A stretch of DNA of 64,000 nucleotides from the IMG/VR virus record IMGVR_UViG_3300028827_000102, positions 32,001-96,000 of that record; one strand, 5' to 3'. Positions 27,496 to 36,164 of the stretch are shown here, piece after piece; the first letter of the stretch is position 1, and every line of letters starts with the position of its first letter. The notes beneath the pieces are model-generated. The model did no database searches, was not told the origin of the DNA, and saw nothing but the letters and a program-made list of their open reading frames with translations. A program made the position numbers and the translations under genes. The stretch comes from a virus.

Positions 27496-27817
27496 CCGAC
27501 GTCATATCATCATTTGCCAAATCGATACGAATGGAGTGCGAACGGACAAGAGGACCGAGCATAGCCTTCACCACTGTTCGCAAAGAACGAATGGTTCTAC
27601 CGTCGCCACCAAGAAACGGACCCCTATCCTTTGGATGCAAATCAAACTCCAGAACCGTCACTCTGCTAGTGCGCATGATACGCACGGTAGCGTCCTCTGG
27701 ATGCTTGGCGATATGATATGCTAGCAACATTACGATCTTTGCAAGGCTAAGGTTGCGCATATCTTCAGTAACCATGTCCTCAAGTCGGTAAACACCATCA
27801 GTAATAGTATCAGTCAT
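27485..27817 (-). CDS. khpA: KH-domain RNA-binding protein, KhpA family
   Basis: IAKHPEDATV...VLEFDLHPKDRGPFLGGDGRTIRSLRTVV. Confidence 0.8.
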   Translation of the reverse strand: MTDTITDGVYRLEDMVTEDMRNLSLAKIVMLLAYHIAKHPEDATVRIMRTSRVTVLEFDLHPKDRGPFLGGDGRTIRSLRTVVKAMLGPLVRSHSIRIDLANDDMTSVNG

Positions 27818-28770
27818 TGTACCTCTCCTTCGTCTATTTTCTGAGAAGTTTCGATTTTCCGTTCCGCTGTCCTATCTTGCGGTCTCTTGTCTTCTGGATA
27901 CACCTCGTCGTGCAAAAGGGTTTCAAGCAAAGGGGAAAAGCACATCTGATTAACTTCACAATATCTCGCTGTTGGGTCTCCCTGACTAGTACATACACCT
28001 ATCGGAGCGTTTGGTTGTTTCAAACTGTCTTCCGCTGTTTTTATCAGGGCCATTGTCTCTCTGTAAACCCTACGAGATACCGGCATCTGTATCGGTACCC
28101 ACCCTTTCCAATTCCAAGGTGTACCTCTGTCAATATACACTATCACAACACTGTTTATTTTTTCTACTTTTCCTAGATCTTGACCTCCTATGTTTATTGC
28201 ATTGGCATAGCAATTAACTTGCACATAGTGCTTTGGGTACGCACTTCTACTATTACGTATCTCGGCTAGCTTGTCAAGGGAAGATCCCTTAAAATCGACC
28301 AGCACATTGTGTCGATAGCTGTCAAAACTAAGAATCATATCTATGTGTCCGGTGAAAGGAACTTTACGATTTTTTGTGATTGCATATTCATGGTACATCA
28401 TTTCTTTTCCACACACCGAACATTTTTGTATACCTAGTTTATGCTTTTTTATCTTCTTACATTTTCGACAGACCCAACAACCATAAGCATTGTTAGGCAA
28501 CATTATTCCGAACCATCGTTGTAGAGCTATGTGTAAAGCCGTGCCTTCTAATGTGGCTGCGTCGCTTATAAACGTATCCTCTGTTTTCGGTCTTTTACTT
28601 AATGGCAAATGTCTATAAATATAGTATTTACGCGGACAGATTGGTAAACTACTTGCTCTCTTTTCCACCCTAAAGGGTACATCGCTTTGCCGTCTTCCCT
28701 TTCTTACACGCTCTAGGGCTTGCGCTACCCTACCATCCAATGCTATACTACCCGGTAGTTGGATTTCCAT
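27814..28770 (-). CDS. Cas4-like PD-(D/E)XK exonuclease
   Basis: ASSL..CPR, GT..H, GHID, VDFK, QVNCY, three C-terminal Cys; inserted CxxC...CxxC. Confidence 0.8.
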   Translation of the reverse strand: MEIQLPGSIALDGRVAQALERVRKGRRQSDVPFRVEKRASSLPICPRKYYIYRHLPLSKRPKTEDTFISDAATLEGTALHIALQRWFGIMLPNNAYGCWVCRKCKKIKKHKLGIQKCSVCGKEMMYHEYAITKNRKVPFTGHIDMILSFDSYRHNVLVDFKGSSLDKLAEIRNSRSAYPKHYVQVNCYANAINIGGQDLGKVEKINSVVIVYIDRGTPWNWKGWVPIQMPVSRRVYRETMALIKTAEDSLKQPNAPIGVCTSQGDPTARYCEVNQMCFSPLLETLLHDEVYPEDKRPQDRTAERKIETSQKIDEGEVQ

Positions 28771-28795
28771 TTCTCACCTTTCAGGCAAAAATACA

Positions 28796-29677
28796 ATGAA
28801 CGATCTTACTACTATAATCCTTGCGGAACTGGCAAAACACGGAATAAAAGTAGCAAATATAAATGACAATTCTAGAAATATTCAAGCTTTCTGTTTCAAC
28901 GGACATGATCATGATACACCATCCCTATCAATACGCAAGAGCGATGGTGCTTTTTTCTGCTTTGGCTGTGGCACAAAAGGACCAAATTGGAATGTACTAG
29001 CTGAAAAAATAGGGGCAAAAACCATCGACGACGGTGAAATGCCAAATCCTTTTGGCATCATGTATGAATATATAGAAAAAGCTATGACTGACTCTGGTGA
29101 TGTTACCCTACCTATGGGAGCCATTCCTTGGGCGAAGGGAGCATGGCGATCATTACCAGAAAAATTTTTGAAAATGTTAGGTGCGTACTTTTGGTATGAT
29201 TCTGGAGTACATGCAGATAGAATTCTTTTTCCCATTATACAGCTAGGTTCATTAGCCGGTTGGGTAGCTAGACGGCTAGATGACGGGCGCATGAAATACA
29301 GGAATTCATCCGATCTAAGAAGCAGGGAAATATTGTATCCATATGACTTTGTGTATGATAGAGACCCGCGTACAATAGTATTGGTGGAAGGACCATTCGA
29401 TGCTTTACGATTATTACGTTTTCGTATACCGGCTTTAGCTTTTATGGGAACCAATAATTTTACAGAAGAAAATGCCATCATGCTTTCGTCTTTTGTATCG
29501 GAAGTTATAGTGTGTACGGATAATGATGATGCTGGCAACAAATGTAGAAAAAATATAGTAACACCAATATGCAAAGACTATGGATTAAAAGTAAGCCATT
29601 TCTTTCCCCCTAAAGGTTCTGACCCAGGAGACATGCCATTGCGTTATATACGAAAGCTAAAAGAGATTTGTTCTTAG
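28796..29677 (+). CDS. dnaG: DNA primase (Zn finger + TOPRIM)
   Basis: C..GH...TPS...CFGC, VEGPFDA, DNDDAG, DPG. Confidence 0.88.
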   Translation: MNDLTTIILAELAKHGIKVANINDNSRNIQAFCFNGHDHDTPSLSIRKSDGAFFCFGCGTKGPNWNVLAEKIGAKTIDDGEMPNPFGIMYEYIEKAMTDSGDVTLPMGAIPWAKGAWRSLPEKFLKMLGAYFWYDSGVHADRILFPIIQLGSLAGWVARRLDDGRMKYRNSSDLRSREILYPYDFVYDRDPRTIVLVEGPFDALRLLRFRIPALAFMGTNNFTEENAIMLSSFVSEVIVCTDNDDAGNKCRKNIVTPICKDYGLKVSHFFPPKGSDPGDMPLRYIRKLKEICS

Positions 29678-30468
29678 TTTGTATATTTTTCTTCCACGCC
29701 TTTTGACATAAACTGAAACATTTTTTCTACAGATGCCTGCGTCGTTTCAATATCAAAACCTTCCAAAATATCCAGCAACATCATTATTATACTAGATATA
29801 CGAATTATATCTTTACATGCCTGTTCCATGTAAAACAGTCGAATAGTAGTATTCGACGTTTCATAGGCTATCACGTTGGACTGTAAAGAATCCAATGCGT
29901 CATCAATACGTAAAATACTGAGTGAAGGTCTGAATAAACTTTGATATTCTTTTATGTCATCAAAGTTTTTATATCGAAAATCTTTGTCATCTAAAACAGC
30001 TTTATACAAAAAACGCACGAATTCGTCAACATACGTAGATATACTCTTCTTGTTACCGTTTATTGTAATATCAGAATAAATATACAACCAAAATAGACCT
30101 GACAAAGCCATATCTAAAACGGCCAATGCGGATAAACGTTCATGCTCTATAATTACATCCGTTGTTCTTTTACTATTTCCGTTTACTCCGAAAGATGGGT
30201 AATCTGTAGATAAAATTATACACGATTTACGCAAATCTTCTGCACGTAACAACGATGCTACAGATACATATAAAGTTGAAAAAGATCCTGTTGTTTTGTT
30301 TATATTGAAATCCTTATCTATTTTTTCTGCATACTTACCCATGTATGTATGCAGTTTTTTGGTTACTTCTTCCGCCCATCTCTGCATTGACACATTTTCT
30401 GGTCTACTTAGAAAGGCGTTCAACCGCGATACCAAAGTCTTTACCAAAATCAATTGTACACTCCACAC
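29674..30468 (-). CDS. Hypothetical helical protein (start uncertain)
   Basis: Long ORF continuing the minus-strand operon. Confidence 0.55.
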   Translation of the reverse strand: MWSVQLILVKTLVSRLNAFLSRPENVSMQRWAEEVTKKLHTYMGKYAEKIDKDFNINKTTGSFSTLYVSVASLLRAEDLRKSCIILSTDYPSFGVNGNSKRTTDVIIEHERLSALAVLDMALSGLFWLYIYSDITINGNKKSISTYVDEFVRFLYKAVLDDKDFRYKNFDDIKEYQSLFRPSLSILRIDDALDSLQSNVIAYETSNTTIRLFYMEQACKDIIRISSIIMMLLDILEGFDIETTQASVEKMFQFMSKGVEEKYTN

Positions 30469-30871
30469 TGATATTAAGGTTTCCTATATTAGCTGGAAGA
30501 TCAAACAATAAATCGAATCCTTCCAATTGCCTGCTAGATTTAGACGGTATCTTAGTCTTGGCTACATAAGGCGTACCTAGAACACCATCATCTACGGTGT
30601 ATATACATTTTATCGCTACATTTAATGATGATGTAGTTGGGTTATGTATTACTACCGTTGTTCCCGCCCAATAACTGCATAGATTATTGGTACACCCTCT
30701 ATCTCTAAGTGTCATGTCTTTTACTACCATATAAGGCTTATTGACATCAGGTTTACCTGTATAGGATGTAGGAGCCCGCGCGACAGTATCACACGAAGCT
30801 AAAGAACAACCATTGTCCCCACAAGAAATGGCAAATAGCAGACTTACTACCACAAACACAATTTTTCTCAT
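30404..30871 (-). CDS. Putative lipoprotein
   Basis: MRKIVFVVVSLLFAISC lipobox-like signal. Confidence 0.6.
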   Translation of the reverse strand: MRKIVFVVVSLLFAISCGDNGCSLASCDTVARAPTSYTGKPDVNKPYMVVKDMTLRDRGCTNNLCSYWAGTTVVIHNPTTSSLNVAIKCIYTVDDGVLGTPYVAKTKIPSKSSRQLEGFDLLFDLPANIGNLNISVECTIDFGKDFGIAVERLSK

Positions 30872-30878
30872 TTTTACC

Positions 30879-31544
30879 TCACTTTGATACCCTTGGCAAC
30901 ATCATTTCGGGTACCCATTGACGTTTCTTTGCCTCCATATCTAAAATCGGATCGTAGTTACCTGACAAATTTTGATATAATTCAGATTTGCTTGTAAGCA
31001 TAAAACTTATTTGAGCTATTCTTGCTCCTACCAACAATACAACTACATGATATTTACTAGTATTTGTTATCTCCATGGTCCATCTGTTGCAATATCCATG
31101 ATCTCCCCAACCACCGGAACCACACACATCCAAAAAATTACGTACAGTGGTAGACCTACTATGCATTTCTGGAATAATGGTATTACAAGCAGATCCGATG
31201 AATTCTTCGGTATGGGCAAGAATCATAGATCTAGGAGGAATAAAAATAACTTTATCTTCACCATCTAATCCATCTAAATATCTTTCATCAACTGTTGATA
31301 AAGATATTAGATCTTTTACTTTTGCTGCTTTTCCTTTGCGCCATACACTACCAATCGATTTAGCACTGTAAGGATTGTATATGTTCATCATCTTAGAATC
31401 TTTATCGGGTATTTGTTCATACCAAAAATGTTCTCCCAGGCGCACATCATAGCTAGCGCTGGTGACACAACTTTGGTCATAAGGTTCTATTATAATCATA
31501 CCCGCTTTATATGCTTCTATGATCTGATCATGTACTAATAGCAT
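30879..31544 (-). CDS. dcd: dCTP deaminase
   Basis: ASYDVRLG, ILAHTEE, SRST..R, GWGDHGY, TMEI, RIAQI. Confidence 0.85.
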   Translation of the reverse strand: MLLVHDQIIEAYKAGMIIIEPYDQSCVTSASYDVRLGEHFWYEQIPDKDSKMMNIYNPYSAKSIGSVWRKGKAAKVKDLISLSTVDERYLDGLDGEDKVIFIPPRSMILAHTEEFIGSACNTIIPEMHSRSTTVRNFLDVCGSGGWGDHGYCNRWTMEITNTSKYHVVVLLVGARIAQISFMLTSKSELYQNLSGNYDPILDMEAKKRQWVPEMMLPRVSK

Positions 31545-33714
31545 AATATACTTTTACTTCCTTTCTTTTTATTGCTGAGATTGTATCTGATAAGCTTAAT
31601 ACTTTTCTTTTTCCATCTAAAAATACCACAAAATTCTTATTTCCTGCGACTGACAAATTCTTTCTTGTGGTTATTGATAACTGTTCGACCCTTCTACCAT
31701 TATCGGATAATAACACATTTCCAGGAGAAAGTACAAGCACTTTCTTTACATCGGATCTACCGATCCTTTTAGGAAGAACATTTGGTCTCGTTACTTTTAG
31801 ATTAGAGACTTCCGTTTTTATTATTCTTCCATTCTTACATATTATTAATATAGTGTCTTCATCGTTTACACCCACAGCAAACAAAGGATTATCGTCTTTT
31901 TTGAACGCCTTAAATATTTTTCGTCGTTGGTCTGAAGGAAACAAAACATAATTGCGCGTTGACAACACTAAGCAATATTTTTTTGTACTAATACCAACTA
32001 TTGATCCAGGTTGCTTTTCATATCTGTCAGCATATGATGTGTCTAAAACAGACACTATATTAGTGTCGTACACAACAACGGCTCTTTCACTTGCCTTCTC
32101 AAAAGATGTATAAGACCATGCTGCTTTTGTGTTTGTAGGTATTTCTTTAAAAACAGATACTGTTTCTTGTCCTGCTCCCACCCAATACTGTATGTTTTCT
32201 ATGGTAGAAATAGACACAGGTTTAACGCATAGCTTGGTGCCGCGTTTCTTTCCTAAAGGTTTTATCTCAAGTAAGTGTCTCTTGATGACATCATCAATAT
32301 TAGCCAAATCTTCACGCAAAGCATTGATTTTTTGCTTTGTTTTCTTTATTTCACTTACTATTTTATCTATATCTGAACGCAGTAATGTAGAAATATTTGC
32401 ATTTAGTATTATATCGGCCTGTTGTTTTGTTACACCAAGGTTTGTACATAACGACTCAATTGCATCTGTTTTGCCCTCGGCTGTCTGTAATATTTTCACC
32501 ACTTCTTTAGCATGTTTAGCTGCTTTGTATTTAGCTATCTGTGTTGCTAGTAATTTACGTTGCGCCAAGATAGACCGTGTGAGTCTGCCAGACTCAATCT
32601 CACGCCTAAATACAATAAATTCTACAAGAAGGGAACGTAAATTATATTTTTTTGGTTTACCGTTTATATCTAAACAATACCATTTGTACGAAATTTTACT
32701 GTCCAGAAGAGGAAGTATCCTGTCTTTTACCGCTCTACCATCAGAAAATTTTATTGTAAATCTTTGTCCGTTTTCTAACGTGGTTTCGTCAGTAATCGGA
32801 CTATCTATTAATCCAGCCTTGAAGCAGCTTATTGATGTGTCTAACAACTTAGATCTGCGTCCACGCATTTCTGGCGCAAAAGCGGTTATCACCAATAGTT
32901 GCTCATCGTCATTAGTTTCTATATGATACTCAGACGAATAATGTAACGATCCCTCTCCTGTTTCATATAAACGTAACAGATCCCCTTCAGACGACAACAA
33001 TACGCCAGAACCGTAATCTGGTCCTTTTATAAATTTCAACAGATCTTTAGTAGTAGCATCGGGATTATCTATAAGATGACAACAAGCATCTATAACTTCA
33101 TGTAAATTATGTGGAGGTATGTTAGTAGATAAACCTACAGCTATACCGTCTGTCCCCTTTATAAGGGATAAAGGTATTCTGACAGGAAGGATAACGGGTT
33201 CATCTAACGTAGCGTCGTAGTTTTTTGTCTTCTGTACTATATCTATATCAATAAACAACGACTCTGCTAATTTTGATAATCTGCATTCAGTGTATCTGCT
33301 ACTAGCCGCCGGTCTCTTTTGATAAGACGAAAAATCTCCAAAATTGCCGTCTGGTATTATAAGCCGGTCTTTGTCATGAGCCAGTAACACCAAAGCTTGA
33401 TACACTGCTGCATCGCCGTGTGGATGATATTTACCTATCGTTTCTCCTACTATTCTTCCACTTTTTACAGGAGGCCGGGAAGACAGAGCATTTAGATTAT
33501 ACATAGCCCATAAAATACGTCGCACGCTGGGCTTTAATCCATCTCTGGCATCTGGAAGGGCTCTGTTTTCTATAGCATATTTACCATATTCTACAATACA
33601 GTCTTTTACTATTTCTTGAGTAGATTTAAACGTTACATTTCCATCCTTTCCAGCTGTTTTAGTTTTTCGTCCAAGTCTGCCAGTTGGCGTTCTATTTCTT
33701 TTTTTGGTACCCAT
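31528..33714 (-). CDS. gyrA: Type IIA topoisomerase subunit A (GyrA/ParC-like)
   Basis: RALPDARDGLKP, GKYHPHGD, AASSRYTE (catalytic Tyr), GIAVG..TNIPPHNL. Confidence 0.9.
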   Translation of the reverse strand: MGTKKRNRTPTGRLGRKTKTAGKDGNVTFKSTQEIVKDCIVEYGKYAIENRALPDARDGLKPSVRRILWAMYNLNALSSRPPVKSGRIVGETIGKYHPHGDAAVYQALVLLAHDKDRLIIPDGNFGDFSSYQKRPAASSRYTECRLSKLAESLFIDIDIVQKTKNYDATLDEPVILPVRIPLSLIKGTDGIAVGLSTNIPPHNLHEVIDACCHLIDNPDATTKDLLKFIKGPDYGSGVLLSSEGDLLRLYETGEGSLHYSSEYHIETNDDEQLLVITAFAPEMRGRRSKLLDTSISCFKAGLIDSPITDETTLENGQRFTIKFSDGRAVKDRILPLLDSKISYKWYCLDINGKPKKYNLRSLLVEFIVFRREIESGRLTRSILAQRKLLATQIAKYKAAKHAKEVVKILQTAEGKTDAIESLCTNLGVTKQQADIILNANISTLLRSDIDKIVSEIKKTKQKINALREDLANIDDVIKRHLLEIKPLGKKRGTKLCVKPVSISTIENIQYWVGAGQETVSVFKEIPTNTKAAWSYTSFEKASERAVVVYDTNIVSVLDTSYADRYEKQPGSIVGISTKKYCLVLSTRNYVLFPSDQRRKIFKAFKKDDNPLFAVGVNDEDTILIICKNGRIIKTEVSNLKVTRPNVLPKRIGRSDVKKVLVLSPGNVLLSDNGRRVEQLSITTRKNLSVAGNKNFVVFLDGKRKVLSLSDTISAIKRKEVKVYYAIST

Positions 33715-33875
33715 TTGCGCTTTATTGGACCACTACCTTTTACTATATGTTTTACTCTTGCGTTCAATCGTTCTTTTATCTTTTTTTCGTTTTCCTCTAA
33801 CTTTTTCAACTCTTTCTCTGTAAAATACACGCTGTCAATATCAGGAAAGACAAAATCATCTGGATTTACAGACAC
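33633..33875 (-). CDS. Small hypothetical protein
   Basis: Charged helical ORF between gyrB and gyrA; overlaps the annotated gyrA start. Confidence 0.45.
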   Translation of the reverse strand: MSVNPDDFVFPDIDSVYFTEKELKKLEENEKKIKERLNARVKHIVKGSGPIKRKWVPKKEIERQLADLDEKLKQLERMEM

Positions 33876-34114
33876 CGGTACCTCTCTCCTGCAGCCTGAA
33901 GAGCTGCGTTCTCTTTTAAACGTATATCGTCAAGCTGCCTATTATAGGCAGAATCCATACGTACAGGATAAGCCCAACGTCCCTTTTTTATATGCTCGTC
34001 AAAAGCTTTGTCGTATTTAGCACGATAGTACCTATACCATTTATCTATCTTTTGTTGTTCTTCTTGTGTGAATATAGGCAAATCCGCCATCATTTCTGGA
34101 GCCAATTTAAGCAT
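33866..34114 (-). CDS. Small hypothetical protein
   Basis: GAGGTG RBS. Confidence 0.55.
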   Translation of the reverse strand: MLKLAPEMMADLPIFTQEEQQKIDKWYRYYRAKYDKAFDEHIKKGRWAYPVRMDSAYNRQLDDIRLKENAALQAAGERYRCL

Positions 34115-34146
34115 ATTATCACCTCTTGTATCAGTTGTATCGACAT

Positions 34147-35976
34147 TTATACATTAAGCAATAACTTACGTACACCAACATCATCTCCCATGTACGAAAT
34201 AACCGCATCTTGCGTGCGATCATCCCAAACTACATCCAACACTTTTCTGGTTTTACTATTCATAGCATAGTCCTGCAATTCCTGTGGATTCGACTCACCC
34301 AAACCTTTAAATCTGCGTATCACCACCTTTTCTTTTGGAAGAAATGCTTTGTTCACTTCTTCTATAGAGTCTCCGTAAACACGTTTTTTACCAGAGACAC
34401 CCATAAACAATGGATTTTGTATCACTGCCACTTTTCCGGCTTTTATTATATCCGGAACATAAACGACAAACAAGGATAAAAGCAGCGCTACTATATGTCT
34501 TCCGTCTGGATCAGCGTCAGCAAGCAAGTATATCTTACTATACCTGCACTTGTCAAGAGAAAACGAGCGACCTACACCAGTACCTATCGCAGTAAACAAA
34601 TCACGTACCACCTCATTTTTTGTTACAATATCCATATTTGAACTACGTGCCGCATTAGGTAATTTTCCTCTTAATGGATACACTTCCTGAAAATGTACCA
34701 TTCTGTTGTTAACTTTTCTCATCAACCTAGCTTTAGTGACTATACCTTCAGCACTATCACCTTCACAAATAAACAGTTCTCTAAATTTATCTGGACAATC
34801 AGGTGCTTCAATCAATTTGCCAGGTAATATACCAGATGCACCCTTTTTTACTTTTACACTTTTTATTGCTGTACGTTCTGCCAAATATTTCTTTTTTGCT
34901 GATGCTACACTTTTCGCTATGGCTACGATTGATTCCAGATACTGTTTATTTTTTACCCAATATTTTACTAGAAAATCATTGGCCTGTTGGTAAATACTAT
35001 CATAGATATCTTTGTTCTCAAGCCTTGTCTTGGTTTGCCCTCTAAATTGTGGGTTTGTTACTCTTGCGTGTATGACAGCTATTATACCTGTACGTATATA
35101 ATTTCCTTTTATTTTTGTACCAGCAACAGTATTTATACTGTCTTGAATTGCTTTTTTAAGGCCAGATACATGAGTACCATGATCTGGTGTATTTACAACA
35201 TTAACAAAACTATTCCAATCTTCTCCCTCCCCAATAGTCCAGGCAAACACAGCCTCAAAATCATTAGATTTTATCTCTATATATTTATCATTTACTACAT
35301 CTACTTTTGGTAAAATATCACACAAGCTATTTTCAGAAAATGATTCGTGTTTATCATCTACTAATAAGTCTATTCTTAATCCTGGACATAGACAAGAAAT
35401 AGTATACAACCAATCTCTTATTCTGTTTATATCCCAACGGGCATCTCCGAATACATCAACATCAGGAACAAATCTAACCAATGTACCCTTTCGTAGTTTT
35501 TTCTTACTGTGATGTATTTTTCTGTGTACTTTACCCCGTACAAAAGATATATGCCACGTAGCAGATCTTCTATTTGTCCAAACATCAAAACTGGACGATA
35601 ACGCATTTACAGCCTTCACACCTATACCATGTAAACCTACAATAGCCCCCGTATATGCACCTTTGCCAAATTTGCCGCCAGCATGAAGTCTAGAAAACAC
35701 TGCCTCTAATGTTGACACACCTGCTTTTGGATGTTTAGATATAGGTATTCCACGTCCGTTGTCGTATATTTCTGCAGTATTGCTTCTTGTATCTATTTTT
35801 ATTTTTATTTTCGTTACATATTTATCAAGATATTCATCGATGGCATTATCAACCACTTCCCGTAAAAGATGGTGCATACCATCAATATCGGTGCTACCGA
35901 TATACATATGCGGTCTTTTGCGTATATGCTCAAGACCCTCCAGTATTTGTATATCTTTTGACGAGTAACTCATCAC
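34147..35976 (-). CDS. gyrB: Type IIA topoisomerase subunit B (GyrB/ParE-like)
   Basis: RKRPHMYIG, EVVDNAIDE, DNGRGIP, HAGGKF, EGDSA, PLRGK, DADPDG, RFKGLGE. Confidence 0.93.
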   Translation of the reverse strand: MMSYSSKDIQILEGLEHIRKRPHMYIGSTDIDGMHHLLREVVDNAIDEYLDKYVTKIKIKIDTRSNTAEIYDNGRGIPISKHPKAGVSTLEAVFSRLHAGGKFGKGAYTGAIVGLHGIGVKAVNALSSSFDVWTNRRSATWHISFVRGKVHRKIHHSKKKLRKGTLVRFVPDVDVFGDARWDINRIRDWLYTISCLCPGLRIDLLVDDKHESFSENSLCDILPKVDVVNDKYIEIKSNDFEAVFAWTIGEGEDWNSFVNVVNTPDHGTHVSGLKKAIQDSINTVAGTKIKGNYIRTGIIAVIHARVTNPQFRGQTKTRLENKDIYDSIYQQANDFLVKYWVKNKQYLESIVAIAKSVASAKKKYLAERTAIKSVKVKKGASGILPGKLIEAPDCPDKFRELFICEGDSAEGIVTKARLMRKVNNRMVHFQEVYPLRGKLPNAARSSNMDIVTKNEVVRDLFTAIGTGVGRSFSLDKCRYSKIYLLADADPDGRHIVALLLSLFVVYVPDIIKAGKVAVIQNPLFMGVSGKKRVYGDSIEEVNKAFLPKEKVVIRRFKGLGESNPQELQDYAMNSKTRKVLDVVWDDRTQDAVISYMGDDVGVRKLLLNV

Positions 35977-36164
35977 ACTCTCGTAAAAGAGCCTAAAATA
36001 TACACCATGAACAAAGATGTGATGACAATCAAGAGCACTGAGAACATGGTTTCTTTTACTGCATTATCCATCTCCCTGCATCTTTCAAGTCCCTTTTTAA
36101 TTGCCATATTAGCTTTTCTATCTTCCCTTCTACTATTTTTATCCGGACATCCTTGCTTCCGCAT
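35973..36164 (-). CDS. Small membrane protein (start probably internal)
   Basis: C-terminal hydrophobic helix; overlaps the 3' end of the polymerase gene. Confidence 0.35.
   Translation of the reverse strand: MRKQGCPDKNSRREDRKANMAIKKGLERCREMDNAVKETMFSVLLIVITSLFMVYILGSFTRV

Noticed and set aside
27814-28770. Cas4 as evidence of a CRISPR-Cas system
   Set aside because: Solo Cas4-like nucleases are common in phage replication modules; no cas1/cas2 or array nearby
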